Shown here in pieces: positions 1-12,305 of a DNA stretch of 64,000 nt; the stretch's first letter is position 1, and each line of letters begins with the position of its first letter. The stretch lies in NCBI GenBank assembly GCA_030265395.1, contig JARFYF010000017.1, positions 36,491,509 through 36,555,508 of the forward strand. Reading direction: 5' to 3'. The notes beneath the pieces were generated by a model, which was given only the letters and a program-made list of their open reading frames with translations, had not been told where the DNA came from and did no database searches. Source of the DNA: Rhina ancylostomus. Taxonomy: Eukaryota. The position numbers were made by a program, and so were the translations under genes.

Positions 1-242
1 ATTCCACTTTGGCGCCTTAATTTCTTAACACTCCATACTAATGGAGCATTGTAAGATACATGATTGGTGAAAAATTACAAGATAATAATTAACATTACTT
101 TCTCCAGAATAAAAATTTCAAAAACCGTTGGGAGTTGATACATTAAAACCAGACACCACTTTTAGACATCCACTTCAAAAATGAACATCATTACAAAAAG
201 ATGCAACTCCAGATAAGAGAATGATATTTGTGCTAAGAATTA

Positions 243-457
243 CAGGTCCTCCCCAGTTTACAGCAGGGACTGTNNNNNNNNNNCTGTTCATAACCCGGAC
301 AGTTCACAAGTCAGAAATGCGGCCACGAACCAAGTCCCCGGGCGGCAGAAGATGCTGCAGCTCCACAGCAGCAGGCAAATCCATCCTGCCAGTCTCCCAA
401 ACGCTCGTATGTACTGGCCATACATACGTTGGGCATTCATCAGCTGGGGAGGATCTG
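243..457. mobile_element. Non-autonomous Tc1/mariner (pogo/Tigger-like) MITE in ESRP2 intron 10
   Basis: TIRs CAGGTCCTCCCCAG (243-) and CTGGGGAGGATCTG (-457), one mismatch, flanked by TA at 241-242 and 458-459. Confidence 0.8.
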
Positions 458-1385
458 TATGTTCCCAGCATCAGGCAGTTTGATATTTTCTCCAAGATGT
501 TAAATCTGAAAGTTTCTGTTAAGATGAACAATCAACAGAGCAACAAATCACCACCACAGGGAGTCTATCAACTTGCTGGAATTTCACCTTAAAATGTATG
601 TTTAGTCCTGTTCCGTCACCACATGACAACTACACCCTCAAGCCAGCACCAATGCAAAGTCACAAAGAGGAGCTCCATCACCTCCATCTACACAATCAGC
701 TAGTCCAGTGTTGTGTAGAAAGTTGCAGTCAGCACTTAATGACAAACATGTCTTATGAGCAGCTGCTTAATGCAAAGATCAATCAAGACACTCCACCTGA
801 AATTGCAATTCACAGAAGTTGTTGCACCAGTCTTGATTGTGATCTGCACTAATTGCTGGCAGCAAGCAAAGCGTATGCAAGGGACATTTTGCAAAACAAT
901 ATTTCCCTCAAGACACTGCTTATGAAAATAGTTGGAGGGAACCAAGAAGAGGCATCAACCAGAAAATAAAATCACTTCCTGGTCTGTGTTGCTGTACCTT
1001 CCACCAGATTAAGTTGGCAACCATGGAAACTGCTGTTAACTGGAATGATTGCTTCATCCAGAATGCAGAATGGTAGAAGCAGATTCAACAACAGCTTTCC
1101 AAAGTGAATTTAATGAATATTTAGGTTAAAAAAAATTTTCAGAATCAGGGGACTAATCAAGTAGGTTTTCCAGTGAAATGGCACAGGTTTTTTGGGCAAA
1201 TGGCCTGATCTGTACCATGTTACAAGTTGGAATTGAAGTAAGGGTAATGAATGGACAATGGGAAACAGACCCATAAAAGGGAGGATAAATATTTATCCAT
1301 TCTGATATAGTTAAAATAAGATGATGGTCATTCCTGTACAAATGTCAGATCAGATACACTACAACATGCAATAAAGGATACTAAC

Positions 1386-1687
1386 CTGTTGAACTTCTGC
1401 TGCAGTGCTCCTGAACAGCTCTATATAACGCTTCCCCAATATTTCCTTGTGTTTTTTAAGTGCATTCTGGGCAAATTCTTCACATGCAAACAACACAAAT
1501 GCATCTCCAGTCGGTCTTCCATCAGGGTACTTAACAAAGAGGAGCCCTTCCTTTTCACCTGTAACAGGACACTCCTTTCCAAAGAAGCCAAGGACATCCT
1601 CTGTTGTGGCTGTGAAAGGTAGTCCACGCATTCGTATTATAACTTGGTTTTCCTTCGATAAAAATTGTGCCACTTCATTTGAAGTAC
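1386..1687 (-). CDS. ESRP2: ESRP2 coding exon 10 (302 nt; [24 protein letters not shown]...[16 protein letters not shown]), RRM2; gene continues beyond the left edge
   Basis: ORF 1359..1718(-). Acceptor ttttataacag|GT and donor CAG|GTTAGT. Contains the [18 protein letters not shown] and RYIELF motifs. Confidence 0.97.
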
Positions 1688-2902
1688 CTGTTATAAAAAA
1701 AAATCTTTCATAATACAAGGTACCAGTGTATTGACTGTAGAACTGCCTTGAACTATCAAAGTAAAAATCAGTGAATCAAAAATAGCTAAATACAGAAAAA
1801 CTTCACTAATAAATCTCAGAACAAATCTTGAGCAGATCACAGTGGGATTCCAAAATTTGTTTACTGACTCATTCAACAAGAACATGTTTAATCATGAGTC
1901 ACTATCATTAGGAAATGAGAAATGAACTGCCAATGGAATCCTTGTAGGNNNNNNNNNNNNNNNNNNNNNNNNNNNNNNNNNNNNNNNNNNNNNNNNNNNN
2001 NNNNNNNNNNNNNNNNNNNNNNNNNNNNNNNNNNNNNNNNNNNNNNNNGAATCCTTGTAGGACTTGTGCTTTCCAATAATCTTCTCCTCACTAAGGGTCA
2101 AGGCACAAGGTGGAGAAAATCTCAGCTGGGTAAGCCTACATGCAGCTGACTACTAAATAGGCTAGAGTTTTAGCACTGAACCAACCTGGATGCTTGGTGA
2201 ACAATAAGTACTGACAAGAACTCCTCAGAGGCTCGCATTGCTCATCTGCAGCTGGAAACTTCATCCGGGATTTTATCATCTTTAGATATCGTCCCCCTTG
2301 ATCATCAGGTCCCATTGATCCATTCACCCCATGCTAACTGATCCTATATTGCCATCCAATTAAGCAATGTATTGATATTAAATAGTTATCCACGTTTCCA
2401 AACTATCTGCATATTTCCACATCTACAGCTGCAGTCACTGATGTTGAAGGACAATCTCCTTCACAGAGACAAACTTCTATCTATTAAAGACCAACCCTAC
2501 AAGACCTTTCCTTCATCCCAACTAATTAGTATTCCTCACTTATTTTCTTTTTCTCCCCCACCCACACCCAATCACTGGCATACGGATTTGGTTAAATCCC
2601 AGGGAAGATACGTGAGCAAGAAGCTCCACTGAGCTGCGGTTATGGTGTTGCGGTGGGACTGTTTGTTAGATGGGAAAAGCAATCAGAAACCACTGATCTN
2701 NNGAAAAGTAGCAAACCAAGCGTCAACCCAATGAGCCAAAGCTTTGGCCCTGTAACTTACAGCCACAGGCCAAATCCCAGGCATAATGTGATAGAAGATT
2801 AAATTTAAAATCCATAGCCAAATTAAAATGTTCTTAAAGCAAATGTTTTTTTAAGTCTTTGCTATCTCCTTTTTTACCCATGAATTTTTTCCAAAAACTT
2901 AC

Positions 2903-2945
2903 CTCCAGCTATTTTTAAGAATTCTTCTCCAGTGGCCTTGTATAC
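2903..2945 (-). CDS. ESRP2: ESRP2 coding exon 9 (43 nt; VYKATGEEFLKIAG(G))
   Basis: Acceptor cttcctttccag|GTA and donor G|GTAAGT. Confidence 0.95.
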
Positions 2946-3047
2946 CTGGAAAGGAAGTTTCATACAAATCAACCATTGCTTTTAAAAGGAAAAGAAAAAC
3001 AAAGTTTAAAAAAGTGAAATTAGATGCCACATCAGATTGGTTCCCAC

Positions 3048-3180
3048 CTCAATGTATCTGCTCCCCATATGATGTTTGTGTCTCTCCAGTGCAAGATCCC
3101 TTTGTTCTCGATTGATGAACCTGACTAGAGCTTCTCCATTTCTTCTTCCTTGTGAGTTCAGGCACAGCGCTACACCACCC
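3048..3180 (-). CDS. ESRP2: ESRP2 coding exon 8 (133 nt; [44 protein letters not shown])
   Basis: Read manually. Acceptor tttattgaag|G and donor GAG|GTGGGA. RRM1 core; GGVALC is ESRP2-type. Confidence 0.96.
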
Positions 3181-3819
3181 CTTCAATAAATTCAGAGGGA
3201 TCCCATTATTAAAGTATTCTCATAACCATCCATTACTGCCACCATCCAATCCAACAGCAACAAATCCATTTAACACTTAAGTTTTTAAACAACTTTAGTA
3301 ACAAATCAGCAATTAAATACCCAGATTCTACTCAGTTTTCTGTATAAAGTTGAACTCTTGGGGATTTCCTTTGATAACTCATTTATCCATCGACCAGGAA
3401 AGTCACAAGAATAATACTCAGTCTGTGCATTTCCCCCCATGTATTGGAACTGATATTACAAATTGCACACAGATTAAATCACAGAAATAAAAAAATCTTT
3501 ATCCAGCAATGCTGACAGTAGTGGATGGGGATCCTATCAATTTAACTGCAGTTTCATTCTGGTTAAGTATTGGCTGATAGCAAGTTGATGCATGAACAAT
3601 TACTTGCCCAAGAAGAAGTGGTTTTTGGAAGAGGGGCGAGAGAATTACTCTATGGACAAATTGCACGCATTTAAAGGCGAAAATTGAGAAAGCAAGAACC
3701 TTTCAATTTTCTGCTTGTGCAGGCAGTCACCAATGACCAACAAAAGTCACCCACGATGACCGATCCTCTTACATTTATTGCATGTTTTGAATGTGGAAAC
3801 TTATACCTTCAGATTTTTA

Positions 3820-4750
3820 ATTCATGCATTATTGGGGATCAGGTCATCATTGCCAAGGGCAGCATTTATTAGCTTTGGAGGTGGTGGTGAGCCATCCTTT
3901 GAACTACTGCAGTCCTCTCAGTGAAGGTACTCCCATGATATTGGGCAGGAGGTTCCAGGATTTAGCCAGTGTGACGATGAAGGACTGCCAATATATTTCC
4001 TCATTATGATGGTGTGCAACTTTGGGAACATGCAAATGTTGGCGTTTCCATGTACTAGAAGCCCTAGTCCTTTTTGGATGTTATGGGTTTGGGAGGTGCC
4101 TTTCGTCTGGATGACAAACTGTAATCCATTTTGTAGGTGGTACACACCATACACCTGTGGTTGATGGAATGAATGGTTAAGGTGGTGGGTACCACACAAT
4201 CAAGGTGCGTTGTGCAGATGGTGCTGAGTTTCAAGTGTTATGGAAGCTTTACTCATCCCAGAGAGTGGCGACTATTTCATTACACTCACGATTGTGCCTT
4301 ATTGTTGTTGTTGGGAGGAAAGTCACTCGCTGAAACGTTTTGTGACCTGCTCATACAAAACCACAGTATCTAGTTGACCCAGCTGAGATTCTGGTCAAAG
4401 ATAATCTGGAGAACGGTGATGGTAGGGGAACTCAGGAATGGTAATTGAATGTCAAGGAGGTTGTTGAACTCTTTTTGGGATGGTCACTGGGTGCATGAAT
4501 ATTACTTGCCACTTATCTGCCCACGCCCAAATGTTATCTTGGTCTTGTTCCATGCAGGCATGGACTGCCTTGTTTGTTGAAGAGCTTTTACTTCTCTGTC
4601 CTTATAATGGCAGGAAAGTCATTACAGAGGCTGAAGATGGTTGGGGCCAGTACAGTCCCCTGACCAACTCCTACAGTGATGTCCTGGAGCTAGGATACAA
4701 CTACCTTCCTTTGTACAAGGTATGATTCCAACCCCTCGACTTCATTCTAC
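3820..4750 (-). mobile_element. Old CR1-clade LINE 3' fragment
   Basis: Reverse-complement similarity to the copy at 25590-27420 and direct similarity to 29880-30480 (shared GGTGGTGGTGAGCC..TTGAAC..TGCAGTCC tail). Confidence 0.7.
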
Positions 4751-6969
4751 TTCTACCTCAAGCCAATCCATGTACAAATCATTTCAACATTCAAACTATT
4801 ACTCTTGGTTGCCCATTGCCTTTTCTGCAAAGGTGGCTCATCCATTCTCACTAGCCTTCATTGATTCCCAGAAACACCTCCATATTTGTCCCAGTTCCCA
4901 TCCTCCTGTTCAAATCTCCCCATGGCCTAAATCACATGGCCTCAACTCTTCCCTATTAAACATTCCTCTCCTTTACCAAGAGCCACATGCCTTCAGCACC
5001 ATCTGTGGAAAGCAGCCTTTGCATAGAAGCTTTACTCATCCAGGAGAGTGGCAACTATTTCATTACACTCATGATTGTGCCTTGTTGTTGTTGTCATCAG
5101 GAGGAAAGTCATTCCCTTCCCTTAGATGCAGCTAAGGGAATGGACAGACAAGTGATACAGAATTACACCTGGTCAATCAGGGATGAAGGAACATTGAGAG
5201 ATTCAACTAACCAGGGGTTTAGTAAAAGAAAGCTTCACAAAGCCATAAATGTGGAAGGAAAAGCATTAAATGCAAATGCTTCAACTTTTCTTTTTAAATA
5301 AAGACTTTAGGGTGGCAAAAGTGGAATTACTGATTAATGGCAAAAGAAACATGATCAGTGCTCAAGGAATAAATGGATGATGTTATTAAATATATGCACA
5401 AGACTCTAATGCATTACAAGTATAAATCCCATCAAAGCCAGTTGAACATTTAAGGGAATATTCAAGCATAAAGTTCATAGAATCCTATTGGAGAGGCCAT
5501 ACAATTGGTCCCTGACCCCTTTCCTTTCCACTTTCATTTATTCATCTACCTTGGAATTTACCCTTGAACCTGCTTCCACTGCTTTTCTGGTTGGTGTATT
5601 GCAAATCTCAATAATCCACTATTACCCTACTCTCTTGGTGCATCAGGTCATCAGACAGATTATTGTGCACAAATCTGTCTACTAACTAATTTCTCTTTAA
5701 CAGAAGGCTTAGTAGAAAGTCTTCAACAATGATTAATAAACTTTGCTCCAAAGCAAAATCAACTCATCTTCTCAGGTCTCTCTCGCAAGTTGTGCCAAGT
5801 TAAATAGATTTCTTCTGCACCCTAAATGTTTGGACGTCCTTCCTGTGTGTGGTGGGTTAGATAGGAATTGAAGCTTGAGACATTTTAACGTAAAAACTTT
5901 ATGCTGCCTTCTTGACATTAAGTTGTTTACATGCACCAAGTTATTCTGCTCCAACATCCCTTATTGAATTGTTAATATTGCCTCTCCTCATTCTTCTAAA
6001 ACTGTAGTAATTTACACACCACAGCATTTTGTACCACTCCGCATTGCTTCACGTTGTCACTACATGGACACCAATGCCCAAACACTATGCATGTCCAAGC
6101 CCTCTCCACTGCAGACTGAAATTATGCCACATATCCCAGTTCATATCTCTAACAACAAAAATACAAGAAGTCCTTTTTTCTAGGGACCACCTCAGTCTGC
6201 AAAACAACCACCAACATCCTTTGACCAGTTTTGTATCCATTGTCATTTTAAATTTTGCTCACTTCTGCTTTTGGGAATTTCTGACTGCCTGGAAAAGGAT
6301 GATTATTTCCAAACACTGGTGAAAATCAAATCATTATACTGGACAGGGCCAGCCCACAAACTGAGCTGGTGTTGACTTCGGATGGCCTACTAGAGTAGCT
6401 CTGTCCAACATCACCAACTGCACCCTAGAAACTGTCAGCAACTAACTGCAGAGCCCAACCGAGGAATCAGGTTATATTCCAACTGCTACCATTTCCAAAG
6501 ATGCTCAAGGAGTTTACTTGAGCTACTAAACTGGAAACCCGCCCATCACCAGTCCCTTGTAAATTGGACCACATTTTATTGCAACATCACTAGACATTTG
6601 TCAGAGTGTCTTTACTGCCCAGAGTTGCTTCATAGGATTAAGGAAAACAAGATGCCAAACCAGGAAGGGAAACATTGAGGATTACCAAACAAATGGTGAA
6701 AACATGATATGGATAGCTTGTATTTAAATAAAAAGGGGAGTGCAGAGGGAACTGCAGTGAACACATCCAGGGAAACCTCCTGATCTGGGAAATGGTCAAC
6801 ATTTTCCATACAGCTATTACATATATTTTATCTCTGCAAGTTGTTAATTTGAAAATAAACAAATGAAGGAAAACATCAATGGTTTTTGACAAGTCAAATC
6901 ATGTACAGTTACAAATTAAAATGAATACAACATTCACAGGATTGGAACCTTATTCCAAAGCACACTTAC

Positions 6970-7080
6970 TTTGCTATGTTTAGTCCTTTGAAAAATCGTG
7001 CTATGTCTTGGTCAGACGACTGCCATGGCAAACCTCTGGCCCTAATGACCGTTTCGCCATCCACTCCTTCTGCTTTGCTG
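6970..7080 (-). CDS. ESRP2: ESRP2 coding exon 7 (111 nt; [36 protein letters not shown](K)), start of RRM1
   Basis: Acceptor ctcttgcag|CAGC and donor AA|GTAAGT. Contains the qRRM motif RARGLPW. Confidence 0.96.
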
Positions 7081-7702
7081 CTGCAAGAGAGCATTTTACA
7101 GGAAGTTCCATCCATCAGTGTTACCTCAAAAATGGCAGTTATACAATTCAAAACACTTAATGTCTTGTAGCAAACGTAAATGGTTTAACCAACTTTGGCA
7201 AGCTGAAGCATCATTCTAGGCAAGATACTTCTTGCTGCTTTTAGGCCACACACACATCATTCAGACCATTCATTCCCTGACAATTACTACCTCCTCTCAA
7301 ACCAACAGCTGGATACTTCTAGGGTCATTTATTTTCCTCCAACTTCCCTCCCTCCCTCAAGATTCCAAGAATGTCCAAGAATCCACTCAATGGCCCCTCA
7401 CAACTGCACGGCTAGAGATCCAGAACTGAATTGTGAAGCATAGCAGGCACGGACCCATTACAGTGAGATCCGAATCAATGATCAAACATGCTTCCCTGGA
7501 TCAGATTCTTTTCTCCACCCCCGCGCCCCCCCCCCCACCAAGATGTAGATTTTTAGCCCATTGGTACATTTCTAACTTTCTCACACACAAGCACAAACAT
7601 CACGTGTCATTTTCTGCTAAGCATTCTTGCACTGCAGTTTCCCTTAAATGACAGAAATACACCACCTTCCAAATACAAGTCAGCAAGTGCACTAGTACTC
7701 AC

Positions 7703-7757
7703 CAGGGACCAGTTTCAAACTTATAGTTGACAGTTTCAAAGTTTTTGAACCCATAAT
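7703..7757 (-). CDS. ESRP2: ESRP2 coding exon 6 (55 nt; (N)YGFKNFETVNYKFETGP(C))
   Basis: Acceptor cttttttag|AT and donor TG|GTGAGT; keeps the frame between exons 5 and 7. Confidence 0.93.
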
Positions 7758-7840
7758 CTAAAAAAGAGTAAAGCCATCAAATGTCATCCAGTTCTGCGAG
7801 AAGATCAAGAATGCAGTATCAGAAATGTTAAGACACTTAC

Positions 7841-7939
7841 TGTAAGGCTCACTAATTAACTGCAAAATAATTGCACCCATGGTGGTCACTTCAAATACAC
7901 CAAACTCATTGACTGCATTGTCTGTGCTCAATTCCAAGT
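7841..7939 (-). CDS. ESRP2: ESRP2 coding exon 5 (99 nt; (Y)LELSTDNAVNEFGVFEVTTMGAIILQLISEPY)
   Basis: Acceptor gcacag|AC and donor A|GTAAGT. FGVFEV.TM resembles ESRP2 FGVWEVKTM rather than ESRP1 YGASQVEDM. Confidence 0.94.
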
Positions 7940-8662
7940 CTGTGCATATTGTTAAGGAAGTTGAAGTGACAATTATCAAGAATTGCATCTTTAAATGCAA
8001 CCATCCATTACTTGCAACTCAGGGATAGGATGGGCAAATGGGTTGTTTAAAAATATAGGTCACACCAAGAAATCAGTCAAAATTAGTCAAAAAGACAGGG
8101 AGAGATAGACAAATAAAAAGAGCAAGTTGATTTCAAGACGGTGCTCAATATGTCATTTACAATTATCAAGTCTCCATTCTCCATTTATGTGCCTTCCATA
8201 ATCAGAGATTCTAATACTGAATTCATTTGCAATGTTCTAGTCTTCATTCAGTCTGAAGGTTTTACCATATGTGCAAAGAGCAGAAAATGTGAACTGATAC
8301 TCTTGTTTTAAAGAACAGTAGAGGGAGAGAAAAGGAGGAAAGTCTCACGATAGATGGTGGGAATCCTGCTCCAATTTTGATCACAGACTAATCAATGTAG
8401 CATTTTACTTTGTGCAATCCAGATAGAAAATAATACAAAGGGGAAAAACTTCCACTGGGTGGTTTATTTGTACAAGTGTAGAATTCATACATGATTAATG
8501 ACCAAATATTAAAATCAATAAAGAACTCCATCTCAAACTTGCACCTGTTTCCAGTTCTGGAATCATTGGATAGAACAGCATCTACTGAAAAATCATTCAA
8601 ACTGCTTGAAAAAAAGATAAGTCTAGGCACAGGACTGATGATTAACCAGGAGGGAAGGATAC
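7940..8662 (-). other. U12-type (minor spliceosome) GT-AG intron 4 of ESRP2, 723 nt
   Basis: 5' splice site GTATCCTTCC (8662-8653). Branch box TTCCTTAAC (7959-7951) followed by aatatgcacag, with no polypyrimidine tract. Confidence 0.93.
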
Positions 8663-8777
8663 ATTCTGCCATGGAACTGATGGAAAGTTCTTTTGTGGAG
8701 GCTGCATCTGGACAGCATTTCTCAAACTCCTTCTGCAGGTCATAAAATGAATAGAAACAGTCCGACAGCACCAAGTT
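8663..8777 (-). CDS. ESRP2: ESRP2 coding exon 4 (115 nt; NLVLSDCFYSFYDLQKEFEKCCPDAASTKELSISSMAE)
   Basis: Acceptor tttttatag|AAC; donor T|GTATCCTTCC (U12-type), phase 1. Confidence 0.95.
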
Positions 8778-11700
8778 CTATAAAAAGAAAATCAGAATCA
8801 AATTAACAGTTAATGTTTTAGTTTAGTTGGGCATTTGATCACTAATTCAATTAGATTGGCACAATGTTGTGGGCTGCTCTGTGCTGTGCTGTTTTATGTT
8901 TTAAAAGGGACTTTAAAGTGGTCTTCCTCCCTCTTACACACACCCCAAAACAAAACTGGGTGGAGATTGGGTATTTTGGGTGGAGAAAAAGCTTACCAGC
9001 AAAAGGAACAATTTCTTGAACAAGATCAGTACTAACTAGTGTAGAACAACAACTACACAGGGAACAAGATGGAGCAGGTCATAGCTGAATCACCAACAGG
9101 ATCATAGCGAAAGCTTAAATTACTGCCTCAATTGACAGTTGGTTTAGACAGAGACAACAAACTACCAGAAGACTTTCCTATTCAACAGCAAAATACTCTG
9201 AAATTACTCCCAAGCAAAAATCAAGGGTCAAGTTAAGCAATAGAAAATAGAATTTCTGGCCTGATTTAAAGTGATTTTAATAAAGAATCATGGGAAAATT
9301 AACAATCCTTTGAGAATTTGAATGAAAAGTACCAATTAGATGAGCTCATTAGAAATGAAGGATATTGCAACTTGGGAGTTAACAGCAAGTATCACTGTAA
9401 AACATTGGGGAGTCATACTCTACAATCATCTGTAATGTTTAAACTTAAAATAAAACATGCACAACCAAGTTTATTAACCTGATCAGATGACTACCAGATT
9501 ATACATCACAGATAACATCCAGCTCATGAACAGAATCAACCACTTGCCCTCCTGTTGGATTTTATAATTTCCATTGATAAATGGCCCCAGCAGAGTTTGA
9601 TTCCCAAACACCAGTAAAAATCTCATCCAACCTGACCCTTCCTTCAATACAATTCAACAAGATCCAACAGTTATCATCCCTATCCCAGACTTGGTTCTGA
9701 CCATTGTTTAAATATTGTAAAATCAGGCTCTTGTTCTCATGGAAGGTAGTGTGCAAGATTCCAAGCCTTGTGCTGCTCAGAGGGAATTATATTTTTAAAC
9801 TTCCTTTCAGCATCAAATTACAGACAGTTTTTTAAAAAAACTTCAAAAAGGCTCGAGAATGTAATATTTACATTCAGAGTTAATAAACAGTTTGGATCAG
9901 GTGTCACAGTGCCCAAAAATCAAGCAAACGTGGAAAGAAATTTGCAGGGCATCATTTGTAACTCTGTTGGTTGTGAAACTATTTCAGATTGTAATAGGGT
10001 CAACATAAATGCAAGTCTTCCTTTCTTTGAACCATTTGTTAAGTTTCAGGAATGTGGAAAAAAAACAAACCACAGATAAAAGGCATTGGCACATCAAGAT
10101 AAATATAACCCAGGATAATTACAGTCTCAGCATTCAGCAGGCAAAAAAAAAGTCAAAAGCATACTGAACAATAAGAGGAGGCATTATCAACCAAGGAAAG
10201 GTCAAGGAAGAGTCTACAAGGATTAGAAGAGAAAAGGTCCCACTTGTCAAACCAACTTTGACAAAAGGATAATGGAACTCTTATGATACTGTTTGTCAAA
10301 ACTTCCATAAAAGGTTTCAATACAATTGACTAAGACTTTGCTATAGCATATATTACTGACCAGTCAGCCCTTTGTTCTTTGCTAAAGTTATCCATTTACT
10401 CTCACACCTTCCTCATAATCCTACAAATATTATTCAAATGTTTATCAAATTCCCTTCTGAACGTTATTATTAAGTCAGTTCCCATCACTGCCTTCAAGTG
10501 GTCTTTGTGCATCTACAAGAACTAAAACTCATGTAGTCTGTGGTTCATTTGTAAATCATTACAAACCCATGATTTTGGGATGACAGTCCCATGCCACTCT
10601 CAAAACACTTCCATGATGTTGTATACCTCTATTAAGTCTTGTGTTCGATTTCTTCCAGAACAACCAGAATCCTCAACCTCTAAGCAGAGCTAAAGACTCT
10701 GCTGCCTGGTGTCATGGCAATAAAACTCCACCAGACTCAAAAGCATGGATAAAGTATAATCCCCAGAAAGGAATATTCCATGAGGTCAAACCAATATTTT
10801 AGCCTAATACTTATTAACAATTCTAGAAGGAACCCAAAAGAGAAACTTCAATCAGTTTAAGAAATTGTACTGAAAATACAACTCTTAGAGCACCACACAA
10901 CCACAGAAATTAAGATCGAATAGGAATTAAATAGGAATCATATCTGCGTTAGTGGCTGGAACCTACATGCACACCAAAGTCAAGTTCATATGTTTGGTAC
11001 TGATGCTCATAAAAGGGCAGCAGTGATTTGTTTGTTCAGGGAAAAAAAAATCTGATCCAATACACAATCCAGACAAACTGAAAGTGGAGTAATAATGAGC
11101 AAAGGTTGATATTGAGCACCGAAAAAAATATTCAAAAGACCTCAGAAATTTTAATTCTCTACCAAAGAGGGCTGTGGAGCATATTCACTACAGAAGTCAA
11201 TAGATTTTTATTTATATATTAATGGAGATCAAGGGATAAAGTCTTTGTGCAGAAAAATTATATTGAAGTAAAATGTTAGATATAATTTTATCGAATGGCA
11301 GAGAGGGCACAAGGGGTTGAATGACCTTCTCCTGTTTCTAGTCACAGTTTTTTGAAGCAACAAAAAGCAAAAAAAAAATCGATCCAGTGAGAACCAGACC
11401 AAGAGGTTACACTGGAGCTGTGCTAAGTAACTCATTGATCAGATTGCACTATGGAATACCAATTGTGAAGGATGCAGAGAACCAGAATAATCCTGGACAC
11501 GGAGACCAAAGATCAGCCAAGTTGTGAAGTCCACAGAGAAAGGTTTGGGAGGTGGGGTGACAACAGTCAAGAACCTCGGCAGGTACATAAATAGGCAACA
11601 CCATAGAACAAGAGAATATTAAATTAACAAGCACATGGACAAAGGTTACTACTTAGAAATATGTGTTTTGAATAATTAGCTAAAAGTCAAAGACATGGAA

Positions 11701-12191
11701 AGCTCGAAACATAGTTAGTCACTGAAATGGTTCTAGAGACCCAAGGGATGAACCGTTAATGCCATCCACTATTGCCAGTCAATCATGTCACAAAAGGAAT
11801 TATGCACAGAATTTTTTTTTTGGGAGGGAGGGTGCAGTTAAGAAGTAATTCACAATACAGGGCCAAGAAAGAGTCATTAAATTTAAATCAGATCCCAACT
11901 GCTGGAGAAACACTGCATAAACACCAAATGATCAATCTCATTAGCTGCTGAGGGGGCGGGTGGGGGAGGGGGGGGTGCAGCTGCTGTGCNNNNNNNNNNN
12001 NNNNNNNNNNNNNNNNNNNNNNNNNNNNNNNNNNNNNNNNNNNNNNNNNNNNNNNATAGAGTGCATTATAAAAGATATTTAAGTACCAGGCACTTCAGCA
12101 GAGCTTGGGTTTTGTCCACAACAACTGACGCCCAAGTATTTTGTTTTTCTCATTGAACATGTATAACATGAGAACGGTCAAAATCCTTCAC

Positions 12192-12305
12192 CTTTTTGGA
12201 AGCTTCTGGGTGCAAGACCTGTCGAACGAGTAATTGGCCATCAGTACAAAGGCAGTAGGAACTTCTCCCAAGTGCTTTCAACTCACTCGATACAACCTGG
12301 TTGAA
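12192..12305 (-). CDS. ESRP2: ESRP2 coding exon 3 (114 nt; [38 protein letters not shown])
   Basis: Not in the ORF track; read manually. Acceptor ttcttttcag|TTC and donor AAG|GTGAAG. Contains the conserved [17 protein letters not shown]. Confidence 0.95.

Noticed and set aside
1-1385. ESRP2 exon 11 (expected VLNR...)
   Set aside because: Not found; it presumably lies beyond the left edge of the window.
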